64,000 bases of DNA, from contig CAWETI010000003.1 in NCBI GenBank assembly GCA_963812015.1, forward strand, positions 1,600,001 to 1,664,000. The letters run 5' to 3'. The notes under the pieces were generated by a model. The model made no database searches. It was not told where the DNA came from and saw nothing but the letters and a program-made list of their open reading frames with translations. Each line of letters starts with the position of its first letter. The stretch's first letter is position 1. This stretch comes from an uncultured delta proteobacterium (GTDB lineage Bacteria; Desulfobacterota; Desulfobaccia; Desulfobaccales; 0-14-0-80-60-11). The position numbers and the translations under genes were made by a program. Positions 46,870 to 55,880 of this stretch are shown here, piece by piece.

Positions 46870-47677
46870 GCATGGCCTAAAGCCTGGAAATACCATCTCC
46901 AATAAGGAGCTCCAGGAGCTATTCAAATGCAGTTCGCAAGGGGGCATGCGTCGCTCTCATCAAACCAATACTCTGGTCATCGTCTCCGATCCTACCAAAG
47001 CCATTTATGAAGACCGCTGGATAGATGGCATGTTTCATTATACAGGCATGGGGTTGGAGGGTGATCAGAGTCTTAATTTTGCCCAAAACAAGACATTAGC
47101 AAGATCTCAAAGCTCTGTGATTGAAATCTTTCTGTTCGAGGTCTTCGAGCGGGGCAATTATACCTTCATCGGTAAGGTGGAATTGGCAGGCTCTCCTTAT
47201 CAAGAAGAGCAACTTGATAAAAATGAAAACCTGCGCAAGGTATGGGTATTCCCGCTAAAAACAGCAGCGGGGGAAGCCCATGTTTCTTTACCAGAAACCA
47301 CTTTTTTGAAAAAGGTGAAGCAAAAGGAGAGAGAGGCCAGAAGGCTTTCCAACAAAGAACTGGAAAAGCGAGCCACCTTCTCTAAGAAAGGAGTGGGAGT
47401 TAGGGAAGTTTTTTCGAAAGCCTTCGAGCGCAATCCTTATGTGGCTGAACTCGCCAAACGGAAGGCCAACGGTCTTTGCCAGCTTTGTGAGAACCCCGCC
47501 CCTTTTCAGGATGGGGCTGGAAAACCCTTCTTAGAGACTCACCACATCGAGTGGCTATCTATGGGTGGGGATGACAGTATTGTTAATACTGTTGCCCTTT
47601 GCCCCAATTGCCACAGGAAGATGCACATCCTAAACCTCAAGGCAGATATAGAGAAGTTGGAATCCAATGCTCCCTGA
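46853..47677 (+). CDS. SRA-like domain + McrA-type HNH endonuclease (putative type IV restriction enzyme)
   Basis: QGGM, YEDRW, HYTGMGLEGDQ and QNKTL (SRA-like); CQLCENPAPF...FLETHHIEWLSMGG...NTVALCPNCHRKMH (McrA-like HNH). Confidence 0.87.
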   Translation: MKLSFEHGLKPGNTISNKELQELFKCSSQGGMRRSHQTNTLVIVSDPTKAIYEDRWIDGMFHYTGMGLEGDQSLNFAQNKTLARSQSSVIEIFLFEVFERGNYTFIGKVELAGSPYQEEQLDKNENLRKVWVFPLKTAAGEAHVSLPETTFLKKVKQKEREARRLSNKELEKRATFSKKGVGVREVFSKAFERNPYVAELAKRKANGLCQLCENPAPFQDGAGKPFLETHHIEWLSMGGDDSIVNTVALCPNCHRKMHILNLKADIEKLESNAP

Positions 47678-48696
47678 GAGTTTCTGGCGGCAGTCCCAGG
47701 ATCCAGTTTGGAGCGTTGAGGGCAATCTGGGACTCTTGCCAGGGCTGCAGCCTTTCCTTCAATCTGCCGCATCTTATCGCTTCAATTTTTAGCATAAGGT
47801 CCTATCATGGCCGAAAAGCCCTAAAAAGCTCCAGAAGTCGATTTCAAAACGGCCATCACCGGCGCCACCACCACCGCTGCGGCCGCAGCCACGGCAGCCA
47901 CCGCCTCCATCTGGCCCAGCCTTGGTGTTGACCATCAAAAAAGAGGGCGGCGCCACCGGACAGGCTGCCCCCCCCGATCAGATCGCCCCGCCTGAGAACT
48001 CTCACGCAGTCAAATCCTGGCCAGGGAGGACAAAATGCCCAAAAAGCCCACCATCGAGCAGGATATCGACTGGGACGCTGCCGTCACGGGTCCCGCCATC
48101 CATGCCGTTACCCGGACAGATTAGTCTCCCGTAAAAAACGACTCCCGGCCAGAACCGATAAGCCCGCTAAGGCCCGGAATATGCATTTATTACATGAAAG
48201 TCATTCTGGCAATAATTCCAATAATGTTCTTATCTCAGAGAAGGTCGTTGATGGGAGAGATATGGAGAATGTAGGTATTGGAGATAAGAGCAGCCGGGAC
48301 TTCCAGTTCGCCCCGTAGGACCTCAGATTCCTGGTCCTATTCCTATCAGGAAAGTAAACCATAGATTCCGCAATGATTAAAGTAACTTATGCGGATCTTC
48401 CCAAAACCACCAGGTACGATAGGGCCCGGAAAGTCGTAAAAACCTTTTGCGTCTTCGGTGGAAGACAAGGCAAATATGTTTCTGGATGTGCGCCCGAGAG
48501 AGGTAGAAGTAGCCGCAAATATATAGAAATTAGTCGATAAGGGGAGGTGTTAACAGGTCAAGCTCAACGCCTTATCCCTGGCGGCCAAATGCCTCATGCT
48601 CACCCAGGAGCCCGGACAGACCCACTACGGGGTGCTGGCATCCTTTCTTAGGTTTGTTGCGCTTCATTAAGGCTGCATTGTCGGGGTCCCCCCCCT

Positions 48697-49002
48697 TCAC
48701 CCTTGACCTTCATCCTGGGCGTTTGACAATTTTTCTCTATTCTCTGATAGAGTTGAATCCGAAATCCGGCCCTTTTGACGGGCTTCTCTGGCCTTTCTGA
48801 GCCTCTCTATCTGGGCCGGGGTTGCTTCCCGTTTTACCGTCCCCGGCCGCTTGCCGGATCGGTACGGATGCAAGGAGCAGCTATGAACTGGACAAAGGCT
48901 CACCTCTTGGCTTGACCCGCAGCAACAATCCAAGCATCGGCGCCTGATTGCCCGCAGGGGGCTATAGATATGGATCTCACCATCTTTAGTTCCGCAAGAC
49001 AT
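48697..49002 (-). CDS. Cys-rich phage-type hypothetical protein
   Basis: PLRAIRRRCLDCCCGSSQEVSLCPVHSCSLHPYR; AGGAGG RBS. Confidence 0.75.
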   Translation of the reverse strand: MSCGTKDGEIHIYSPLRAIRRRCLDCCCGSSQEVSLCPVHSCSLHPYRSGKRPGTVKREATPAQIERLRKAREARQKGRISDSTLSENREKLSNAQDEGQG

Positions 49003-49043
49003 GGTTTTTCCCTCCTATCGGTCACCACAGGAATAGCTTGGCA

Positions 49044-49340
49044 TCAATGACGCACCCTCAAGCTGGGGTTGAACTCCTCCAACTCCCCCCAATAACAAGC
49101 CATGCACAGCGGCACCCCGTTGAAGGTCCCGAAAAATACGCCGCCGCATTGTGGGCAGAAGGAGCGTAGAAAATACAAGACGGCATCTTTATGCTGGCGC
49201 ACCAGGTCCAGGAGAGGGGACACCGCCGCTGGGTCTGGGGCATCCTGACCTTCGTACCTTAACCGGATACTCTCGCCTTCCAGGTGGGGCCGGTAGCCCA
49301 TGTGGGCCAGCTTCCGCACCGCCTCAATTCCAGGGTTCAT
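49044..49340 (-). CDS. Small hypothetical protein with CxxC...CxxC
   Basis: ATGA overlap with the primase stop; GGAGG RBS; CPQC and CMAC. Confidence 0.7.
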   Translation of the reverse strand: MNPGIEAVRKLAHMGYRPHLEGESIRLRYEGQDAPDPAAVSPLLDLVRQHKDAVLYFLRSFCPQCGGVFFGTFNGVPLCMACYWGELEEFNPSLRVRH

Positions 49341-51682
49341 CGGATCACCACCTCCTTGAGGTCTTTATCGGGATTCAGGGGCTGCCCCTCGACCTTAACA
49401 ACCTGGTCTATGGCCTCATCCCGCCCATCAATTATCGACAAACCGGGGTCCGGGGTAGCCGGGTCATTTGGCTCCGGGTCACGCATCTCAGAAGGAGGGG
49501 GATTAGATTCATCGGTATCCCCTGCAACAGTGCAACACCAGGAATCATCGTTAATGATTTCAGCATCTTGAGGTGTTGCACCAATTGATGCGCTATTGGG
49601 AGCAGGTGCACCAGCGCAACAGGCTTTCAGCCACTGAGGGTCAGGCAATCCCTGGATTTCTGGCAGTGGTTCACCCATTTGCAGGTCCCACGGTTGTCCC
49701 TTTTTGGTTTCCCGGTTGACTATCCAGCCCCGTTTAATGGCTGCGTTCACCCGGCGGGAGGCCGTACTGCGGTGGATGCCAAGTCGAGCCGCCAAAGTGG
49801 TGGCCGTGATGCTCTTGCCCCTATCGAGCATCTCCGTGACCGCCTGAACAGTGGCCCGCAGTTCTGTTGATGCCCCGGTCAAGGTGGCCTCATACATCGG
49901 CCCCACCAGTTCATAGACCGTGGCGTAATCCTCAATCTGGGCGATGACCTGTCCGTCCTTATTTCTTTGGCGCTGCCTATGACGGATGATTGCCACAGAT
50001 TTAATCAAGGAAGTGAGCCTGGCAAAGTCCCGCATGATCCGTGTCGCTGTGGCCCTGCGTGCAATCTCAGATGCAAGTTCCTTGATAAAGGGCACTACCG
50101 CCTCCCAAGGAACCAGGGATTGAAGGTAACTTTGAAAGGCGATAAGTGCGTCATCCGGGGCCGTGGCCCCGTTCAGTTCCAGTTCAGCCTGGGCAAGAAG
50201 GGCCGCCCCGATTTTGTCCGGGGTATCCATCACATCAAGGGAAAAAACTCTGGTATCAAGCTGGTATCCCAAGCGTCGGGTTGAGGTAGAGATCATCACG
50301 GTGGGGCCGGGCTTGTGGATCTCTTTGACGCCGTATTCCCCTGTCTCGGGGTTTTTGATGGTTACTTTGTAGCTTAAGCTATGCTCTTGCAGGAGTGTCC
50401 GCACCGCCGATGCCGCCGGATTGTCTTCGCCTGCTGGTAAGGAGTCAGCCTCCCCAAAAATCAGGACCCGGTGTTGGAGGTCGGCATCGTCATAAATCAG
50501 TACCCGTGGAGAACCGGCGTCAATGACATGGTAGGCTTCTTCTGGTAGGAGCCGGATAACGATCCCCAGGAGATAGGATTTCCCGGCACCGGCCTGAGCC
50601 ACCAGCAGTAGGTGGACCGGCATAGCCCCGGATCGCATCGCCAGCAACCGTGAGGTGGCGGCAAGATAGGTAATCATCGGCTGCCCCACATCGCCGCCAT
50701 ACCCCTGGGAAAGAATGGCCTGGCGCACGAGGGCCAGAGGGTCAGGGGTCAATAGGACTGCCTCAGCAGCCTTTTCCAGTTCTTTTAGCCTGGCTGCACG
50801 CTCCGTCTGGCGAAGCGTCTCAGCCGGGATTGCTGCCGATTTGAGTTTGTCCAGCAGGGCCGGAATATCTTCACCTTTGAGGTGGGCTTCATTCAGGTCT
50901 TTGAAGCCATCCGGGGCCGGAATGACCTTCAGAGCAGGGATGTGTTTGAGAATCTTTCCGGGTAGTTCCGGTGCGTCGGGCTCCTGCCAGAGATAGACCG
51001 TCAATCCTTTCAGGAGTTCAACCCACGCAGGCTTTAATGTGGATTTTCCCGGCAACCCCAGGGCGGGGATACCATGAGGCCAGCATGTCCAGCAGTCGGT
51101 TTCTCCTTCCACCAGCAGAACCCAACCGGCCTCCCGAATATGCCGAAGCCGCCAGAGCCCATAGAGCAGAACCTTATCGCCTTTACGCCAGGTAAAGCGT
51201 TGGGCTCCGGTGAGGCAATGCCGGAAACGCACCCCCACAACTTCGCCAGCTTCATTCATGTATGGAATTCGTACGACTATTGCACCACGCTGTTTAGCCT
51301 GCAATACCCCCCAGGCTTTCAACCCTGTTGGGCCATCTACTTGAAAACCCTTGGCCTTCGCCAGTTCTTCAAGGGTCAAACCGGGAGGTGTTGCGGTGTT
51401 GCACCCCTTACCGGCAGATTTATCACCCCCTCCCTTCCTCTTCCCGTTGCCGGAAGTCCATAAACCCCGTTCCTTCAGGGAGGCAATCACCCGATCTTGG
51501 GGGCAGCCGCCGAAACATTTAACCAAGATTTTCCCGTCTTTCTCGGTCACCGATAGGGAAGGGGTAGAATCGTCGTGAGCCGGACAATGCACCAAGCCAC
51601 CGGGTTTGTGGCAACCACAGGCAGGATCATCGCATTGCAGGGCCTGCCGGATGGTTTCGACGGTAGGCGTCTGGGGGTTCAT
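49337..51682 (-). CDS. Primase-helicase replication protein (Zn finger, TOPRIM, P-loop ATPase, HTH)
   Basis: CPAHDDSTPSL...KCFGGC; LLVEGETD; KDLNEA; AQAGAGKS; C-terminal TLAARLGIHRSTASRRV. Confidence 0.85.
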   Translation of the reverse strand: MNPQTPTVETIRQALQCDDPACGCHKPGGLVHCPAHDDSTPSLSVTEKDGKILVKCFGGCPQDRVIASLKERGLWTSGNGKRKGGGDKSAGKGCNTATPPGLTLEELAKAKGFQVDGPTGLKAWGVLQAKQRGAIVVRIPYMNEAGEVVGVRFRHCLTGAQRFTWRKGDKVLLYGLWRLRHIREAGWVLLVEGETDCWTCWPHGIPALGLPGKSTLKPAWVELLKGLTVYLWQEPDAPELPGKILKHIPALKVIPAPDGFKDLNEAHLKGEDIPALLDKLKSAAIPAETLRQTERAARLKELEKAAEAVLLTPDPLALVRQAILSQGYGGDVGQPMITYLAATSRLLAMRSGAMPVHLLLVAQAGAGKSYLLGIVIRLLPEEAYHVIDAGSPRVLIYDDADLQHRVLIFGEADSLPAGEDNPAASAVRTLLQEHSLSYKVTIKNPETGEYGVKEIHKPGPTVMISTSTRRLGYQLDTRVFSLDVMDTPDKIGAALLAQAELELNGATAPDDALIAFQSYLQSLVPWEAVVPFIKELASEIARRATATRIMRDFARLTSLIKSVAIIRHRQRQRNKDGQVIAQIEDYATVYELVGPMYEATLTGASTELRATVQAVTEMLDRGKSITATTLAARLGIHRSTASRRVNAAIKRGWIVNRETKKGQPWDLQMGEPLPEIQGLPDPQWLKACCAGAPAPNSASIGATPQDAEIINDDSWCCTVAGDTDESNPPPSEMRDPEPNDPATPDPGLSIIDGRDEAIDQVVKVEGQPLNPDKDLKEVVIR

Positions 51683-51885
51683 TCTCCCGCTCCCCGCCGG
51701 GTCCGGGGTTCAACGACGGCATTATTTATGAATTCTTGAATGTCTTCGACATGAAGCATTGTACGCCTCCCGATCTTCCGATAACGGATACGCCGCTGAC
51801 TGATCCAGCCACGCAAAGTAAAGACTGAAATGTTCAATCGTTCGGCTGCCTCTCCCACACTAAGAAGTTGATGAACTCGATTCAT
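51679..51885 (-). CDS. Excisionase-like HTH protein
   Basis: LLSVGEAAERLNISVFTLRGWISQRRIRYRKIG. Confidence 0.88.
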   Translation of the reverse strand: MNRVHQLLSVGEAAERLNISVFTLRGWISQRRIRYRKIGRRTMLHVEDIQEFINNAVVEPRTRRGAGE

Positions 51886-52174
51886 TTGCTTCCCCTTTCT
51901 GAATAATTAATAAGATCCATAGGCATTATTATCAGGGAAACAAAACCAATGTACAACAACCAACATTATATGTTGTTCATTATTGCTTGGCAAAGAACAT
52001 CAAGATTTCTGGGAAACACTTATTTTCTGCCAAATTGAATAAAAGTGGCGTAATTAAGATGGCAAAAATTAATCAGAAATCAGAAAATAAGCGATTTATT
52101 GCCAAGTAACTTTATGGGGGTATGAATTTTTCGGGGCAGGGGTATTAGTGAGGCGGTGTGATTATTATATCAAG

Positions 52175-52867
52175 CTAATATCCGCTATTTTCAATATCTT
52201 CTTTCAATTTCTTTACTTCTTTTCGAAATGTCTCAATATTAACATCTACATCAAAAGAAATAGTATGCAATAACACACTTACACATTTAGCAATTCTCAA
52301 TGGTCGAGCTTCTGGAACATGTATTATGAATAACTTTGCAAGATAATTTTTTATGTTATCTTCATCGATCCTGGGCTTAATGTTTTTTAATGCCGTTACT
52401 TTCCATCCTTCAATTATTTTTCTAATATTTGAAATAGTAGTTTTCTTAATTTTGGTTCCCTGAACTAATCTCATAAAGGAAACTCCCTCGGCCATTGCGT
52501 CATAAGACTGAAATAATCGATCAAACAAGGCTGTAACCCATTTAGTGGGACCTTCGCTATCTGTCCACTTCTCCTCCTTGAACAGCAGCCACATAAAGAG
52601 CGCCAAGGCGGCTTCTCTTACCAAGTTTTCCAAATCCTTAATTGGGTGGGAGTTATATTGAGGTCTGCCTGCAGTCGCCTTCTTACTACCCTTCAGTCTT
52701 CCTTCATGGAAGATTTCTTTTGACTCCTTTGATTCCATTATCCAAATCGCAATGTCAAGGTCAGTCAAACGATTGGCGGGCGTTTCGGTAACTGCGTTGG
52801 GGGGATAAGGGCTGGAGTTCTTCAGCCGGGATAGAAGTTCACTAAAACACTCTTCTTCTGGGGTCAT
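52175..52867 (-). CDS. Hypothetical protein (AT-rich)
   Basis: 230-aa ORF with a GGAGGT RBS; no motif recognised. Confidence 0.7.
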   Translation of the reverse strand: MTPEEECFSELLSRLKNSSPYPPNAVTETPANRLTDLDIAIWIMESKESKEIFHEGRLKGSKKATAGRPQYNSHPIKDLENLVREAALALFMWLLFKEEKWTDSEGPTKWVTALFDRLFQSYDAMAEGVSFMRLVQGTKIKKTTISNIRKIIEGWKVTALKNIKPRIDEDNIKNYLAKLFIIHVPEARPLRIAKCVSVLLHTISFDVDVNIETFRKEVKKLKEDIENSGY

Positions 52868-52986
52868 GGGCCACCTCCTCTTGTGATCCAGCGGTTCCTG
52901 AGAAAAACTCCCCCCAGGGTGGTGAGGAAGCCACCTTGTCCTCCCGGGGATCAGCCAGGGGTTAGGGGGGTGAGGCCAGTTTAGCA

Positions 52987-53085
52987 GAGTGTCATTTTGG
53001 TGTCCATCGGCAGTCTCCTCCCTTAGTCTACCTATGAATAATCAAAAAGATAGCGCAGGCGGTAGGTGTCACCATAGGTGTCATT
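52987..53085 (+). repeat. Putative integrase arm-type sites (right end)
   Basis: TAGGTGTCACC-A-TAGGTGTCATT (53063-53085) and a degenerate GAGTGTCATTTTGGTGTCC (52987-53005). Confidence 0.65.
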
Positions 53086-53203
53086 CATTCCGGCAAATCG
53101 GCCCTAATCAGGATCACTCCATACCAATATGATTTTGGCTAACACATTGATTAAACTGTATAGAAACCACTTAGCGCCAATCCAGCCAATAGGATAAAAT
53201 CGC

Positions 53204-53259
53204 ACTCAAAATCCCCCGGGTGAAAGCCTGTGCCGGTTCGAGTCCGGCCTCCGGCACCA
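53204..53259 (+). repeat. att repeat: displaced 3' half of tRNA-Leu
   Basis: ACTCAAAATCCCCCGGGTGAAAGCCTGTGCCGGTTCGAGTCCGGCCTCCGGCACCA, compared with 40063-40118. Confidence 0.95.
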
Positions 53260-53363
53260 CCTGATAATCCAAAGAGATCTTGTAAGTTCTAAAAGCCCAC
53301 ATCTAGTAAGAGATTGTGGGCTTTTCTTTGTCTATTGCCGTCCTGTACTTTCTATGGACAGCC

Positions 53364-53423
53364 GGGGTAAATGGGGGTAGAATAAGGGGTATATCGGCGC
53401 TGGGGGTATATAAAATACCCCCA
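53364..53423. repeat. GGGGTA repeats (putative arm sites of the P4-type integrase)
   Basis: Four direct GGGGTA copies and one inverted TACCCCCA upstream of the integrase. Confidence 0.6.
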
Positions 53424-53514
53424 ATTAACCCTGTCTCTTTGTATAGAGCGGGTTACAAGGCGAATGGGATAGACACCGGAATAAGTGTGATTCCCACGCT
53501 CGAGGAGGTACCCT

Positions 53515-54738
53515 ATGCGCACCGATAAGCTGACCGATCCAAAGATCCGGCAAGCTAAGCCGGCAGACAAACCCTACAAACTCTTCGACGGCGGCGGCCT
53601 GTTTCTGCTGGTTCAGCCAAGTGGTTCGAAGCTCTGGCGGCTAAAGTACCGCTTCGGCGGAAAGGAAAAGCTCCTTGCCATCGGCAGCTATGACAAGCGC
53701 GTCTCGCTAAAGAAGGCTCGAGAGGAGCGCGACAAGGCCAGGGATCAATTGGTGGAGGGCATTGACCCAGCCGCCTCAAGAAGAAAGGAAAAGTATGCCG
53801 AGCGGGAGCAGGCTGAGAACACCTTCCGGGCTATTGCTCTAAATTGGGCCGAGACATACGGTGCCCGCTGGACTGAATCGCACCGTGCCCGGGTGGTGGC
53901 CTCCCTGGAGGCTGACGCCTTCCCTTCCCTTGGCGACCTTACCATCAAGGAAATTAGCCCACCGATGGTCCTGGAGGTCATCCGGGCAGTCGAGTCCCGC
54001 GGCGCGCTCGATGTCGCATCCCGGGTTTTACAGCGGACCAATGCCATTTTTCGATATGCCATCCAGACCGGCCGGGCGATTTATAACCCGGCGTCAGACA
54101 TGAAGGGGGTCCTGAAAACCCGCAAGGTAGAGCATCGTTCCACAATCTCCCGAGGTGAGCTGCCGCACTTCCTCATGAAGCTCGATTCTTATTCCGGCAA
54201 CCCTATCACCAAACTGGCCCTGAGGCTCATCATATTGACCTTCGTACGGACTGGAGAGCTTCGCGGCGCACGCTGGGAGGAATTCGATGTCGGACAGGGG
54301 GAATGGCGCATTCCGGCAGAGCGCATGAAGATGCGGTCGCCGCACATTGTCCCCTTGTCGCCTCAAGCCCTGGCCGTCATCGAAGTATTGAGGCCGCTAA
54401 CCGGTCAATTCGATTTACTCTTTCCGTCTCAGCGAGACCAACAAAGGCCTATCTCCGAAAATACTCTCCTTTATGCCCTCTACCGCCTCGGCTATCATAA
54501 GCGCGCTACTGTGCACGGGTTCCGGGCATTGGCGAGCACGATCCTAAACGAGACCGGATTTCGGCCGGATGTCATTGAGCGCCAGCTTGCCCATGTTGAG
54601 CGGAACAAAGTCCGGGCAGCATATCATAGATCTGAATACTTGGAAGAGCGCCAAAAGATGATGGACTGGTGGGGAGAATGGATTGAATCTATGGCGAATG
54701 AGCAGAAAGTTGTTCTCCTCCGGAGACAGCCGACATGA
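53515..54738 (+). CDS. P4-family tyrosine integrase
   Basis: KLTDPKIRQAKP...DGGGLFL...KLWRLKYRF; VRTGELR, HGFR, QLAH and AAY motifs. Confidence 0.96.
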   Translation: MRTDKLTDPKIRQAKPADKPYKLFDGGGLFLLVQPSGSKLWRLKYRFGGKEKLLAIGSYDKRVSLKKAREERDKARDQLVEGIDPAASRRKEKYAEREQAENTFRAIALNWAETYGARWTESHRARVVASLEADAFPSLGDLTIKEISPPMVLEVIRAVESRGALDVASRVLQRTNAIFRYAIQTGRAIYNPASDMKGVLKTRKVEHRSTISRGELPHFLMKLDSYSGNPITKLALRLIILTFVRTGELRGARWEEFDVGQGEWRIPAERMKMRSPHIVPLSPQALAVIEVLRPLTGQFDLLFPSQRDQQRPISENTLLYALYRLGYHKRATVHGFRALASTILNETGFRPDVIERQLAHVERNKVRAAYHRSEYLEERQKMMDWWGEWIESMANEQKVVLLRRQPT

Positions 54739-55042
54739 TCAGATGAAAGCATCTAAGGGAACTGTGGCGGATGATGCAGGGCTGGAGCCGACTACCTGGA
54801 AGGGATCAAGTCCAGGGCCAAAATCATTCCGATACGGGCTACGGGCTGAAAAAGTGGCCACTCAAAAGAAAATCACTTGTAATGACCAAAATGTGAGCTG
54901 ACAACCATCAAGCCGAGATCAAATCAGACCTGACTGTTCACCTGGCACTTGGTATTAAAACTTTACATGCCGCCGGAGTTTTTTAGATATAGCTATCATA
55001 TCCATATCAAAACGCTTTAATGAATTTTCAACCTGCGGAGAT

Positions 55043-55173
55043 ATAGCAGATAGCGAAAGCCCTGAAGTCGGGGTTCCTCTTAGATGGTAGACCGCTTCCC
55101 GCTCATCTCCCTGCCTCCCTTCGATCCATTACTCTAAACATAGCTCGTAGATCAGTTTTCAGGGGGTATGTCA
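55043..55173 (-). mobile_element. IS3-like left-end remnant (copy 1)
   Basis: Minus strand TGACATACCCCCTGAAAACTGATC...GGGAGATGAGCGGGAAGCGG; diverged direct repeat of 60697-60827. Confidence 0.55.
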
Positions 55174-55264
55174 CCTTCGATACAGTCCCTAACAACTCGG
55201 ACCTGATGGGTGGGGTGCAACTTGCCGATAAGGCTTTGAACCTTGCCGGGCACGCTGACCCCCC

Positions 55265-55879
55265 TCAGTGCTTCCCAGCCCCTTGAATCGCCTCGGCAAT
55301 CTCCTGGCTGAGCTGGGCCAGCGCCCGGCTCTGTGCCGCAACCAACGCGGCATAATCCGCACCCGTCACCGGCTCGCGAATACTGGACCGATTCATTTTG
55401 AGCAGCTTTTTCTCCGGTCCCCCGAAGATGCTCCAGCGCGCCTCCAGCCAGGCGGCGTCGCCCAACCGGCCATCACAACGCACGATATCCACTACCACTT
55501 GGTAGTCGATGGGCACGGACATGCGCCAGGGATAGAGATAAATCCGTTCGGTCAACAGGAGAACACCAATATTGTCGGCCAGAACATTAATGAAGTTATC
55601 CTTGAAGGAGCCCACCCAGCGATCGAACTGGGCTTTTACCGCCTGATTGTCGCTGGTGCGGGTGACCAGCATAGACTGGTCGAGGTAATCGGCCAGCTTG
55701 ACGGGGCCGATGCCGATAACCGCGTTCTGGGCCGGGCTTTGCCTCTTTGAAATCACCTGGTCTTCCTGTATGGAGTTCAAGGTGTAAAAACGCGGCGATT
55801 GACTCCTACAGCCGCCTAAAAAGAGGGCCGCGGTCGCCAGGATGACCGCTAAGCCGCGAGAAAAAGGCACTACTCTCAT
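55265..55879 (-). CDS. PqiC-family ABC auxiliary lipoprotein
   Basis: Lipobox LGGC; RFYTL, IGIGPVKLADYLD, DRW and LEARW motifs. Confidence 0.9.
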   Translation of the reverse strand: MRVVPFSRGLAVILATAALFLGGCRSQSPRFYTLNSIQEDQVISKRQSPAQNAVIGIGPVKLADYLDQSMLVTRTSDNQAVKAQFDRWVGSFKDNFINVLADNIGVLLLTERIYLYPWRMSVPIDYQVVVDIVRCDGRLGDAAWLEARWSIFGGPEKKLLKMNRSSIREPVTGADYAALVAAQSRALAQLSQEIAEAIQGAGKH

Positions 55880-55880
55880 G

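Larger units (their letters stand above)
40063..53259. mobile_element. ~13.1 kb integrative, phage-satellite-like element in tRNA-Leu
   Basis: 56-bp direct repeats (40063-40118 and 53204-53259, 3 mismatches); tyrosine integrase, HTH, excisionase-like HTH and primase-helicase; lower GC than the core. Confidence 0.92.

Noticed and set aside
47680..48690. Possible genes between the nuclease operon and the replication module
   Set aside because: Only short, interrupted frames (Ala/Thr-rich remnants) with no recognisable product.
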